Shown here piece after piece: positions 1 through 13,351 of a DNA stretch of 64,000 bases. This DNA is from Vitrella brassicaformis CCMP3155. Lineage: Eukaryota; Protista; Chromerida. Position 1 is the first letter of the stretch; every line of letters begins with the position of its first letter. The notes beneath the pieces were generated by a model that ran no database searches, was not told where the DNA came from, and saw only the letters and a list, made by a program, of their open reading frames with translations. Position numbers and translations under genes: made by a program. The DNA is taken from contig CDMY01000354.1 in the NCBI GenBank assembly GCA_001179505.1, positions 40,651 to 104,650 on the forward strand, given 5' to 3'.

Positions 1-3000
1 GTGTGTGGGTGGTTGGTCAGGTGACGCGTGCGATGCGCGACAGGGGGTTCACTCGGCTGGAGGAGTACGTGCTGTATCGGTTCCACTGGAAGCTCTTCAA
101 GAACTACCGCAGGTGGTGCCCCTACGTCGGCGTCAAACCGTTCCCGTGGGGCGAGGGCAGGGCCAAGCCAAAGAAAAGGACCTCGGCAGCCGTGGCCTAC
201 GAGAAACACAAGGAGAAGCAGAGGAAGAACCCAAAGACGCTCCTGAGTAAGAAAGAAAGACGTCTTGGGGCGTGTATGTGTGTATGTGTACGTGTGTGCG
301 TGTCGCTTCGTTCAGTGCTGATGGCCCGCGAGATAGCGTTGTGGAAGCTGCTGTGGGGCGAGTCGGCGAACCTGCGTCACTGCCCCGAGATGCTGCTGTT
401 CATCTTCCACTGGATGGTCAAGAGCTGGGACGACGTCGAGCCCCACAAGATGCCCGCCTACATCGAGACCATCAGCCCGGTCATCAACATGTTCTGGGAA
501 GAGATGCGGTGCGTGGACATGCACCTACCTGTGGGCGTGAGCTGCCTGCACCCAAATGTGTGTCTGCCGATTTGTCCGTCAGTCGTGCCTCTGGCGACCA
601 CCCCGTCAAGATGAACTACGAGGACTTCAACGAAATATTTCACAAGGCCCCGTTGGTGCACAGGTGGCTGGGCGTGGTGGGCAGGGCCGGCCTGGGCGGC
701 GTGTGGAAGGGCAACCTCATCGCCGTCATCAGGATGGAGACGCAGTCGCGCCAGCTCGTCCATATACACCCACCCAGAGGGCGGAGGAAGACCTTCATCG
801 AGCAGCGGAGCTACCTGCATGTAAGTGGGTGGGTGGGGGAGGGAGGGAGGGAGGGAGGGAGGCAGGGACGGGTGCGTGCGAGGCTTGGGTGTAAGTGTTG
901 CACATACATGTTATGCGCTCATTCGTTCGTCTCGTCGACAGTTCTTCCGCACCTGGTGGCGGTTCTACCACGCCCACCTGGTCACCCTTCTCATTCTGAT
1001 GGCGTTCCGCGCACGGCAAAAAGGTCGGTGAGTGCCACACCACACCACACCGCAATTCCGACCGTCTGTGTGTGTGTTGTGTGGGGTGATCAGGGTGGGA
1101 CTGGGATGGTTGGTGGGGCATGGTGGCGATGGGGTCCTCTGGAGGCGGGGTCGTTCGCGAGATGCTGGACATCTTCTTCTACTGGCTGGCGCCCATGCCC
1201 TTCCTGCAGCGGGCCTACGACGTCATCGAGAACATGAGGCGGCTCAACTGGTACCCTACCCCATCTAGTCCACACAGCCATTCATTCTCTTCTCGCCATG
1301 GTGTGTGTGGTGTGCAGGTGGGCTCGTCAAGGCATGGCGGCCGTCCGGTGGGGGTTCTTCCTGGCCGCCGTGTACGTCAGGCACACGAGCCCCAGTGGCC
1401 TGAGCGACCCCCTCCTGCAGCCGACAGGGTACATCTGCGGCGGCTACCTCGTTTTCTACGCTGCCCACGGGCTGTCGTACTTTCTCATCCGTGCGCGGAG
1501 GGCCGTGCGGTGCTGGCGCAGGAACCCTTCCAACTGGAGCTCTCACGCGACGTACTATGGAAACGCCACCATGCTCAGCGACGAGTACAGACACTTGGTG
1601 GGCGTCGAGGGTGGGCGGGTGGGTCGGTGGGGGCTGGAAGGTGGCCGTGCACAGTGCGTTGGTGTGTGCGCGTGTGTGTGTGTGTGTGTGCAGGCGGCGT
1701 ATGGGCTGTTTTGGGCGCCGATTATTGTGTCGAAGCTGTACATGACCTACACCTTTCTGGTCAGCTCCTTCATGGAGTTTCTGGAGCTCGTCAACAGCTC
1801 GGACGGAGAGCCGCTCACGTGCGCACACACCTACCACCACAGACGCAGACACAGACACAAGACACACGGACTGTAGCAGAGTATGTGTGCCCGGAGTGGT
1901 GATGCCTTGGTGTGTCGGCTCGCCTCCTTCTTTGCAGGTATCAGTTTCTGTGGTTTCGTTTTGTGGACATGCCCAAGGTGACGCTGTTCATTTACTACGT
2001 GCCACCCATGTTCCTGCTCTTTTTCTACGATATCATGGTCAGCCAGTCAGGCGCCGACAGACCGGCCGAACGACCTGTGTGTGTGTGTGTGTGGTCAGTT
2101 TTACTTTTCGATATTCCAATCTTTTGTCAGCTGGCTCATTGGATGGTTCAGGGGGGTAAGTGTTAGCCAGTGAGTCCGACAGCGGAACAGACAGGCAGGC
2201 GAGGGCAGCTGCTTGTGTGCATGTACCTCTTTCTTCGTGTGTGTGTGTCAGATCGGCTTCATCCACAACCTTTCGGTTATCCAAAAGGTCTTCCCTCTGC
2301 TGCCAGTACAGGTGGGCCCCCACTCTCCCACCCTCCGTGACGCACACACACACATCCATCCATCCATCCATGTGTCTGTTGTGCCTGTGTGTTCCTGGTT
2401 GGTTGGTTGGTTGATGCGTGTGCAGTACGACCGTCTGCTGTCCGAAGATGCGGGCGGTTCCCTCCACGGCCTGCAGCTCCCCACGTCGCCCTCGCCCAAC
2501 GCCAATGGCTCCGGGCTCGACTGGCTGCTGCATTGCATCATGTGCTGCCTCTGCTGCGGCGTGTTCCGACGGAAGCAGCGGATGAAGGTTACGCCCAAGT
2601 CTTACTTCAGGTATGTCATGTCAGCCACGCACACAGCACAGATGACATTGCTGGTGGTGGGGGTGCGATGGGCGTCAGGTCTCACTCGCGGCCAAAGTAC
2701 GCTCACCCGCTGCGGAAAACGTCCCGGCAATCGTCCCGCCCCACCCCGACCTCGAACATGGCCCTGCCCCTCCCCCCGACCAACACCCGCAACACAGACA
2801 CATCAGACCATCACAGGAAAGCCGCCAATGCGTCGGTGGCTGTGGATGAAGACACAGCTGCTGCTGATGGTACTGCTGGTGAGACCCTCACCAGCGTGCT
2901 CATCCGCCCCTCTCTGCCCCTCCCGACATCCACGTACACCTCCGCCCCTCCCTCGACATGCAGGCGGCGCACCCTGCCTTTGCTGCACGCACAAGGGCCC

Positions 3001-6000
3001 AACGCGGAGGACAGCGAGTCAGATTATTCCCCGCGGCCCACGGCGGCTTGCGGTGCCACCGGCGACCCATTCGGCCCTGCTGCTCACGCCGGTCATACTG
3101 GCGGCCTCGCCAATGCGCCGTGTCGGAGGAAGGAGCCTGCAGACGTGCTGGGGGGTGGTGGGTCTTGGTGGCACCGTGAGATCGCTGCCGTGTATGACAA
3201 CACCGTCCCGGCAGAGACTGTCGAGCACCAAATCCGAAGGTGGGCGGGTGGGTGGGTGGGTGGTCGTGTGTGTGACGCAGTTGTCCGACCCATTCATTGA
3301 TTGCTCAGGTTTGGTTTTCTGTGGAACGAGGTGGTTGAGTCATGGCGCGAGGAGGATTCCATCGACAACGCCGAGAGGTGCAAGCTGCAGTTCAACGAGC
3401 TGCCGGCAATACACTTCAAAGACATCAGTGTGAGTACTCGCACACAGGAGAGAGAGACGCAAGGCCAGGCCATTCACCCTTCCTTCCTTCCTGCAGGAGC
3501 TGACCATGGCGAGTTGCCATGAGGAGGGCGATGTGGGCGTGTCGTGGGATGGTGAGATCCGGCATCCGGTGTGGGTGTACTGCGACGTCCTCAAGACCTT
3601 CCAAAGGGAATGTGAGAAGCACCAGAGCCACGTCAATGACATCTGGGAGGGGCTGCGGGTGAGTGAGTCAGCGAGTGCCTCTGAGACGCTGTCCATCCCC
3701 CCTAATACGCACCCTTCCCTCCCTCCCTCCCTGCCTCCCTCCCTCTGTGTGTCTTCCTCTCAGGCCCATTATCGCTTCAATGACAACTTCACCCAACTAC
3801 ACCTGCAAGAAGTCTTGGACCTCCCTCCCACATCCACAGCAATCACCACCACCAGCAGCAGCCAATGGGCTCTCACAGCCAAGGCCAAAGTCAAGAGAGC
3901 CCTCACGAAGGCGGGCGAAGACTTCGTCAGGAGGCACTTCGGCAAGTCCACGGTGACCCTGGCCGACCCGCGCAAGGACAGCCACCAGTTTCTGCTGCGG
4001 CTGGCGCTGCTGGAGATCTATGAGGCGCTGTGCTTGTACCTGACGAGGTTCTTCCCCGACGGGGGCAGCATCGCCTTCAAGCTCTGCTCGCTTGTCCGAC
4101 GGGTGAGTAAGCCGTTTGACGGGCAACACACAGACGGCAACAGATGTCTGTCTGCATGTCCGTGCTGATCAGGTGGGCCGTGACCCTTTCTGCCTGTGTT
4201 TGCTGAATTTGAATGCGGCCAAGGACTTGCAGGCCACCCTGGCGGCCGTCTTCGCCGCAGCACAGGGCGACAACGCGGTCAAAGTGGAGGAGAGCGGCGT
4301 CAGGCTGCTCAAGGCGCTTCAAAAGGTGGCCCTCCCCGCCCTCCTGTCCACTCGCGGCTCGCCCGTGTTGGCGTCACGAGGCATGCTGCGGCACTTCCCG
4401 GAGCTGGTGGAGTTCCTCGAGGCCGTCGGCGAGACACTCGCCATCAGACAGTCCCTCAAGTGGTGGGTGGGCAAGAGACCCTCATCCATCCATCCACCCA
4501 CCCACCCATCCGGCCACTTGGCGTGTGTGTGTTGTTTGTGTCAGTGTGGGCAAGGCGGACACCCACACCCACACCAACACGCCCATGTCGACTGACGCCT
4601 CCTTCCGCTCGTCGAGCGAGACGGCCAGCTGGGACGACACAGAGACAGAGACCGAGACCGAGACTGAGACAGGGACAAAGACCGCCCTGGACAGCCTGAT
4701 GGACCGCGTGGACAGGGACTTCGGCTCCAGCCGGGCCAGTAGTGGGTCCGACGTCTTCTACAGCCCACGATACGACACCCCCACCTCCACTTTCTCGTCA
4801 TCAGAGGCGTCTCCACATGTACCATCATACCCCCCGGTGAGGGACTTCGAAGCACATGCTCGTCGGCTCGGTGTGGGAGAAAGTGGGACGGCGAGGTACG
4901 TATCGCCTGCTGCCGCAACACCGCCACTGCCAGTGGCGAGCACAGAGGCCTCTGTGGGCAGTGGTGGTGGTGGTGGTGGGGAAAGCGACATGGACGAGTG
5001 CGAGTGTGGTGATGCGACTGCTGTCAAAGGCGAGGAGACGGCCCGCGAAGAAGAGTGGTGGAGCGTAGATGACCTGCAGGTGGGTGGGTGGGTGGGTGAT
5101 GGCAACGGAGCATGGATGTTTGGTCTGTTGTGTTGTGTTGTGCTGTGTTGTGTTGTGTTGTGGTTGTGGTTGTGCTGCATTTAGGAAAGGGTTCTGGTGC
5201 ATCAGCCTCTGAGGTTATCTGATGCGCTGAAGCTCTTCTTCCGCCGGGCCAACCGCATCCTCACAGCACATGGATACAGACTCAAGACGGGGCTCGCACA
5301 GACCAGGTACGCGATCCTCACCCACACCCACACCCACACCCACGCACACGTTGCATCCCTCTCTGCCGTGTGTGTGGGTGGGTGTGCAGGTTGAAGTATT
5401 TCTCGAGCTCGCTGTTCATGGAGATGCCCGAGGCGCCCAGCGTGCAGCGGATGGTGTCCATGTGCACATTCACCCCCACATACACGGAGGACGCCATGAT
5501 GAACGCAGCTGTAACCCACCCAACAGCACTAAATGATGGATGGATGGAGGGGTGTGTGTGTGTTTGTGTGTGGTGCAGATGCTGAACGAGAAGACGATGG
5601 AGGGCGTGTGTCAGTTCGACTTCATCCGCACCATGTACAGCCAGGAGTGGGCCAACTTCCTGGAGAGGATGGACCCACAGGGGGTGCGATACGACTGGTA
5701 CCAGCACAGCCAGACACACAGGGGCGTCCTCAGCAAAGACACCAACACTATGGCCGCCAAGTAAGGGCGCAGTGATCCATGGACATCCATCCACAGACGT
5801 GCCAAAATGCGTCGTGCTGTGTGTGTGTGTGTGTGTGCGTGTGTGTGTGCGTGTATAGGTTTGAGAAGGACATAGAGGAGTGGGCGTCCAACAGGACGCA
5901 GACCCTCTGGCGCACACTGAGGTCCGTCATGTACTACGAACAAGCCTGCAGGATGCTGGTCAGTCAGTCAGCCACCCAACACTGCACACACCCATCACCC

Positions 6001-9000
6001 TGTCTGGCTGTCTGACAGGCGTGGATGGAGTTGCAGGCGCAGCGGGGGCTGAGGGTGCACCTGTGCCACGACCGCAACCTGCTGTCCTTCGAGCAGAACG
6101 AGCGGCTCAACTGGCAGAAGGTCCCCGTCCAGCCAGACACACCGGAGAAGATGATAGGTGAGTCAGCGGGTGTGCTAATGGTGGTGCTCCCATTGCCTGC
6201 CTGCCTGCCTGCCTGCCTGTCTTCCTGCGTGTCTGGTCTGTAGAGTTCCTGCGTCGATGGGACCGGTGGCACAAGCACAGGACGTCCACCGACCACAGGC
6301 CCTACAATAACGACCCCGTTGCAAAGGTGGGAAGCAGAGCACTCACAGCGAACTCCCCTCACCTGTCTGTGGGCCCATGTGTGTGTATGCCTTTCCTTTG
6401 CTCGTTCATCAGGCGCTGGCAGTGCTGCGGTTCCAGTACGTCTTGACGGCGCAGACACTGGGCGAGGACCTCAAGGCCCCTCCCTCCAACATCTCCGCCG
6501 CCAACCGAGTCCGGTGCATCACCGAGATGTGCAGGCGCTACCCCACGATGCGCGTGGCGGCCATCGAGAACTGCGACATCGTCCTTCCCTCGGGCAAGGC
6601 CAAGACGGCGCGTTGCTCGGTCTTGTACAGGTGGGACGTCAGCCAGCAGCGGCTGGTGCGGGTGTATAGGATCGTGCTGGGGCTGCTGGAGGGCGCCGCA
6701 GGGGCCAGGTCAGAGAGACAGACACAGACACACCATTCGGTGGATGGTGCGTTTCCGTGTGACTTGAATGCTCTCTCTCTCTCTCTCTGTGCGTGTGTCT
6801 GCAGGAATCCTATTGTCGGGGAGGGCAAGAGTGAGAACCAGAACCACGCCATCATCTTCACGCGCGGCGAGACCATCCAGGCCATCGACATGAACCAGGA
6901 AATGTACCTAGAGGAGGCCCTCAAGCTGCGCAACCTCCTGCAAGAGTTCGCCAAAGACTCCAAGATGGCCATTATGGGATTCCGCGAGCACGCCATCCTC
7001 CCCGGGGCCCTGACGCCCTCCTACCTGGCGAGTGTGCAGCAGACGTGCTTCACTTCCCACGACGCGCGGGCCTTCCACATGCCCATGCGAGTGCGGTTCC
7101 ACTACGGCCACCCTGACGTGTTGGACCGGTACCTCGTGCAGACGATGGGCGGCATGAGCAGGGGTAGCGCCATTATCAACGTGACCGAGGACGTCTACTG
7201 CGGCATGAATTACGTCCAGAGAGGATACTCTTCCTCACAAGTCGACTACATCATGGTAAATCCAATCGCACCACTACCCACACACATGGATGGATGGATG
7301 GATGTGTGTCCGTGTGTGTGTCCAGTGTTCGAAGGGCTGGCCGAACGACCTGGATCAAGTGGTGGCGTTCATGCGCAAGGTGGCGTGCGGGAGCGCCGAG
7401 GCGCAGACGTCCAGCCGGGACGCTTACAGGATGGCTTACGGGATGGACTTCCTGCGCCTGCTGTCGCTCTTCGCGGCCTTCCCCGGGTGGAACATCCTCA
7501 ATCCGCTGGGGTTCTTCCTCCTGTGGCTGAGAATGTACTCCCGGATACTCATCCACGCCTTCATCGGTGAGAGAGAGCAGGGACGCATGCGTATCCCTCT
7601 CTCTGTCCCTCTGTGTGTGCGTGTGTGGTGTGGGTGGGTGGGTGGGTGGGTGGGTGACACGCTCAGCCTATATCCCTGGGCGGCTGCTGACCTTTATGAA
7701 GGGAGAGGATTCTCGCGCGATTGACGGGATGGAAGTGTTCTGGCTGGTCCTGGTCGTACTCTTCTACCTCAAGTAAATCCGGAGAGGGAGGGAGCTTGTA
7801 TTGTGTCTCATTCCTGCCTCCACACTGTGTGTGTCCGTGTGGTAGGTACTGCTCGATGGTTGCTATGGAGAACGGCGTCGGTGCGGGCATCGAGCACCTG
7901 TGGTTCCACATCCGGTCGTTGTCTCCCCTACACTACACCTTCACAAGTAAACCGTCCACCCATCCAGCCACCCATCCAGCCACACCGACGTGTGTGTGAT
8001 GTGATGCGGTATGTCTTCCTCTGTCCTCTGTGCAGTCGGCACATGGGCCAGCAGCTTCGACGAGACGATCCTGTTCGGCCGGGCCAAGTACCTGAATGCT
8101 GGCCGGGGGTTTACCGTCAACCACAGAGACCTCATCCACCTCTGGAAGCAATACTACTACTCCCACTTCCAAGTCGCCGTGGAGCTGCTGCTCCTGCTCT
8201 TCTATCTGCGCGTCAGTCAGTGTTGGAGGGAGAGTGGAGGGAGTGTGGGGCGTTCGTTGCACGTGTGTGTCACGTGTCGTGTGGGTTTGTGTGTGTGTGT
8301 GTTTGTGTGTGTGTGCAGTTTCTGCAGGATATGCACCCGATAAGAGCTGTGAGCATGTGGTGGCTGTACCTGCTGGCGGGGTCGTTCCTGTACGTGCCGC
8401 ACCTCTACAACCCCATGGGCCTCTCGTGGGGCCACCTCACCTCCGATATCATCACCTTCTCAAAGTGGATGCGGTCAACGGTCAGTGCGCTGCGCTGCGT
8501 TTCCATCCTCCCTCCCTCCCCCCCTCACTCGTGTGTGTGTGTGTGTGTGTGTATATATATCAGGAGAGGCATGACATTGACGAGAGTTGGTACGCCTGGT
8601 GGCGGCAGCAGATGGAGTTCCGCAACAGCGCCTCGCCACTCAACAAGGTCATCATCTTCACACGCGAGTGGAGGTTCCTGCTCCTAGCCTTCTGCTTCGC
8701 CAAAGCAGCCAACTGGTGGGTGCGTCACGGTGCGTTGCACAAAGGAGGCGAGCGATGCATGGATGGATGGCCACACGGTGTGCAGGCAATGGCATGAGCT
8801 GATAAGCCTGAGCATGCCTAAAGGGGGCTGGACGTACGAGAGCGTCGTCACGTGGGCCACCAGCCAGGAGGACCTGGAGCGCCTGGCTGAGAAGAGCCCT
8901 TTGCTGGCGCCGCTGATCTTCACGGTGCTGCTGGTGGTGGCCATGGGCATGTCCACCGACAGGGGCAAGAAGACGCACCAACCCAACCTCCACAGCACTC

Positions 9001-9880
9001 TCACAACGGTATCCCCTACCCTCCCACAAGAAACACTGTGTCTGTCTGTCTGTCTCTGTCTCTCCTCCGATGAATGCACGGTTTGCAGCATCGAGTGATA
9101 TCCCGTTTCGTGACCCTGGCAGCCGGAGCGGTGCAGATCGGTATAGTGGTGCTCCTGCTGACCCCTCATGTGACTGCCCCCACCTACCGCCTCTCCTTTG
9201 GCACTGTCATCGGCGGCATGGCGGCCTGCCTGCTCTCCTTCTCCTGCGTGGCCAACCTCCTGGCAGAGTGCTTCGGCGTCCTCGAGTGGGCCCCGGTCGT
9301 CGAGACCATGCGATTGTGGCACTTTGGGCTCGGCATGGTTATCACGAGCCCGCTGCTGCTTGTCGCTGCGGTGCAGTACCTCCTGAGCCCGAGCGAGATG
9401 CAGACGCACTACCTTCTGGCCTCTTATGGCGTGGCAAGAAGCCAGCTGCACATGGGTCATGTGCAGAAGATGCTGCACAAGATACGGATGGACAACAAGC
9501 AGGAAGCAACGGTCGAGTACACAGCACCGACACCAGCAGCGGCAGCAGCGGCAGCAACAGCAGCAGCAGCAGCAGCGGAGGCAGGGGAGGAGGGGCCGAA
9601 GGACAGTGCACGCAGCAGAAGTAACAGCATCGCCCGGGCAGTTGAGACCCCTCCCGCCCAGCGGAGCGACCGTCCACTCGTGTTGCCTTTCGACCCCAGA
9701 GACACTGCAGGTGTTGGTGGATTGGGGCGGGGAGAGCCTGCTGGCCCCATGGCTGCTGCAGGTGGCTGTGGTGGAGGGGCATCGCCATCACCATCGCCCT
9801 CGCCCTCGCCATCACCCTCATCGTCGTCCTCGTCGGGTGAGGGTGGTGGCTGTTGGTCTAGAAGAGCCTTCACAAGATGA
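1..9880 (+). CDS. 1,3-beta-glucan synthase / callose synthase (GT48, FKS/GSL family), multi-exon, 5' end outside the window
   Basis: Spliced exons encode GT48 hallmarks: IALWKLLWGESANLRHCPEMLLFIFH (FKS1 domain 1), FGFLWNEVVESWREED, YFSSSLFMEMPEAP, EWASNRTQTLWRT, EGKSENQNHAIIFTRGETIQAIDMNQEMYLEEALKLRNLLQEF, RVRFHYGHPDV, INVTEDVY, LFGRAKY and many hydrophobic segments. Stop TGA ends at 9880. Confidence 0.93.
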
Positions 9881-11310
9881 GCAGCAGTGGCAAAGCGGGG
9901 CTGTCGGGCGACACTAGTACTATTCTTATGTTGTCGCTGATGGCGGACGGTGGCTGTCCCATTTCGCGTCCCATTGCATTACATCGCATGGTGAACACAA
10001 TAAATAGACAGGCAAACAGCCAGACAGACAGGCAAGTGGATACACAGACAGACAGACAGACAAACGGAGATAAGCACGATGACATACATACACACATCGG
10101 CGCGCAATCGATGGCCGAGACAGGTACGTGACGAAACGTAAACATAATACTTACAGAGGCAGCCGGCGCAAAGAGGTCTTTGTGTGTGCGATGGACGCAG
10201 GTATACCTACAGGCCGGTGGGTGGACGGACAGGGACAGACGTGTGTATGGGGGGGAATTTCTGTTGTGGTGTGGTGTGGTGTGGTGCGGTACTCACACGC
10301 AGACGAGTGACAGGCCACTAACCCTGAGCTGGTCCAGTTTTGTTAACCAAAAGGACAGCTAGGCTGGCCGGCATGCCACGCACAATGACTGACTGACTGA
10401 CTGGTAGGTAGGTAGGTTCGGTGGCTGGCTGGCTGGATGTGGGTGTGGCATCTCGTGTGGCATGTCGTTCGTGTCATGTGTGCAGCAACTGATTGTGAAC
10501 ACGGCTGGCGTGTCTCAATATAGCCGCCCTACCTGCCTGCCTGCCTGCCTGCCTGAGTCTGTGCGTCATATTTGTCTCGGTCGCCTCGACTTACTGCCCC
10601 TGTTCTAGCTGGGAAGCGTGTGTGACCGATTGGTACATTCGTGTCTTCATACTACCTGCACATGTACACGTTTGCCATCCATCAACCAACCACTGTCCCC
10701 TGACGCACTCCGTCACGTATTGAGCTTAAATCCCACCCACCCCCCGTCTATCTTTTTGGTGCAGCAGCGAGGCCTTCAAGCTGTGGAGGCCGAGATCTCT
10801 GCCGTCATGACCCAGATCTCCACCAGCATCGCCACAACTCCCGACAGCACTTCGCAGCAACTCGTTAAAACGGCACAACCAACTACCACGTGTCTCCCAG
10901 AGAGAGCCACACACAAGTGCACGCGTTGCTGCACACCGATCCACAGCCCAACACACAGCCCACACTGAAACTGTCTGACGCTCATCCATCCCAAGAAGCT
11001 TAAGGGTACGTTGACCGACCTGCCGCAGCATCCGTCAGACATGCCAATGCGAAACACTGTACATCCACTAGCTAGCCACACCCGCAGAGCAGTGAGTGCA
11101 ACTGTAGGCCGTAACTTTTGTACATCGACACACGCCAGCAGAAAATACGTACACACAGGCAGTCTCTCTTTGGCATTCCCAAAACCGTCAGACAAACAAG
11201 CGACGACCGCCAGAATTAAAATTCCGAACAAACAAGCCAGTCACCGGGAAAAGGCCAATCACGAATGCGCCTATGTGTGCGTATACATGACCTTAAGCTG
11301 TGCCGTCATA

Positions 11311-13269
11311 TCAAGACATTGACTGAATGAAACTGGGTCTATGGACCATTTCGCGATAAATCGCCGTCACCGCCTCATTCCGATCGAGACACCAGTCCAC
11401 ATCCCCGCCCACTATGGGTTCATCTTTGTGTATGTTGAACCAGAAGACCGCTGATATCAGGGGGAAGTCATGCAGACTGCCATAGACCTGCTGCAGCCAG
11501 GCCGACTTGATGTCAATCTGCAGAAGTGCATGAGCATGATGACAGAAAGAACGGATTAGCATCCGCCATCACGTGTGTACCTCAGATGCGCCTGCGCGGC
11601 CAGTGTGGAAAAGCGACGACGTTTCAGAGACCATCATCGGCTTGTTCAGCCGAGCAGCAACCTCGTTGTAGAATTGGCCAACAGCACGGTAAAATTTTCC
11701 TCGCTGAGAGACAGAGACAGAGAGAGAGAGAGAGAGAGAGAGGGGAAAACAAGAGAAAAGGATGAAGATCACATTTCCACTAATACGGACTTGCGCTACC
11801 TACCTGTGGAATGACGTTGCACCCAAGTGCTCCTGCGCTGTCACAATCGCCCCAATGATAATAACTGCAACAGCCGACAGGCATGCAAGCAGTGAGAGTG
11901 ACGAACGAAGGGTCAGCGTCAGGGAGGGCACTCTCACCTCATACCAATCCAATCAACCTAAACACACAGGCTGACTATCTCTTTTTCTCACTGCATGTGG
12001 CAGCTCTCTGTCTCTCACCGTGTCTGACGAGTTGGGGAAGAACTGCCAGTAGGGGTCTTCGCGGCCAACACTCGGATTGGAGTACTTCTCTCCTGGCCAT
12101 GGAAAGCCTAATCTGTTCGTGCAGCCCACTCAGATAGACGACGAGTGGACGAAAGACATCCAGAGGTGTCTCTGTTGACGTACTCGTAATTGGGCGTCCA
12201 CACCATCGCGACGTGTGTCGTTCGAGCCTGCGTGACGAGCAGAATCCAGGACGGGAGTCGTGAAGGTAGAGATGGGACCCCACCTTGATGATTCGCGAGA
12301 ACTCCTCAAACTTGCTCTTGTAGAGGGCGGGTTGCTGACCCCTGATTGATCGATCGACGGAACGGAGAGACAGAATCAGTTTGCGCGTGCCCTGTGATCC
12401 GATCAGTGCCTCGCTCACCATGAGTACCAACTGAAAAAACAAGAATGCCACCAAAAAGAAGCCGCAGATGTAACCTTCATTTGCCGAGCGGCTGCCGTGG
12501 GCTGCGTTGCGTACCTTCCGTTCATCTCGTGATTGAAACGGAGCCAGATGGGTACTGAGTCCGACCAAATGTTGAGGAAGTCTGCGAAATCATTGATTTG
12601 CTGGACGCTGTATGAGTGCAGCCCTACAACAAGCACACACAATGGGCCGCCGCGGGGCTTTCATGTGCCAGGCGTACCGCCGTCTGTCATGACGGTCAGC
12701 GCGGCCATCGCACCGTTCTCCTTGCACTCGGTAAGAAAGTCTGAGACGGACGCATGTTCTTCGTGAGTGTCATTCACCGCCTCGGGGAACTTGATGAAGT
12801 GCAAAAATGCCGCATGCCTGCGCCGTGCTCATACACGCTTCTCATCCTCTCTCTCTCTCTCTCTCTCTCTCTGTGAGTGTGTGTGCCAGGTGTGTGTGAT
12901 TACCTCACTTGTGTGCGGGCGTTGAAAGCGGATTGTGTCTGTCCCGTTTGCACCCCACGACAGATACGAACAGCGGGTTGCCATGTGACTGCCCTGCGTA
13001 CCCACCTCCGGTGGCTGCAGGATGCCTCCCAAGTAGACGCCATTCGCTCCAATAGCATTCGCTGCAGATGGCGGTCCCACTTGGGCCTGGCCACGCACAC
13101 CAAAACGACCAGCACCAACAGCAACAATGTCAACAGCGTCGGCGGCCTCAACACCATCCAGCGGCGGTGCTGTTGGGACGATGATCGTGTCGCCTTCGTC
13201 TTGGCCACGCACGAAAAGCCCCTCGTACCAATAACACAGGAGGAACACAGGCAGGCAGCGCAGCGACAT
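11311..13269 (-). CDS. Glycoside hydrolase family 26 (beta-mannanase/lichenase/xylanase-like), secreted paralog A, multi-exon
   Basis: Signal-peptide-like MSLRCLPVFLLCYWYEGLFVRG. GH26 motifs across exons: GVYLG, WLRFNHEMNG (acid/base Glu), AMVWTPN, VDWIGMSYYHWG, KPMMVSETSSLF (nucleophile Glu), FPLISAVFWFNIHKDE..DW. Stop at 11311-11313. Confidence 0.85.
13091..13191 (-). repeat. Left arm of a 101-bp inverted repeat, inside GH26-A exon 1
   Basis: The reverse complement matches 13601-13701 with 8 mismatches in 101 nt by manual alignment. It encodes DTIIVPTAPPLDGVEAADAVDIVAVGAGRFGVR. Confidence 0.93.
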
Positions 13270-13351
13270 CGCGCAGAAGGCTACCGAGCGTGCCCAAATA
13301 TACAGAATGCCTTCCAACGCCTGAATAACGGCAGAGGAGGCCGCAGACAGA

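Noticed and set aside
11311-13269. GH26-A as a pseudogene relic of an inverted duplication
   Set aside because: The exons I could trace splice in frame with GT-AG sites, and both catalytic Glu motifs, a signal peptide and a normal stop are present.
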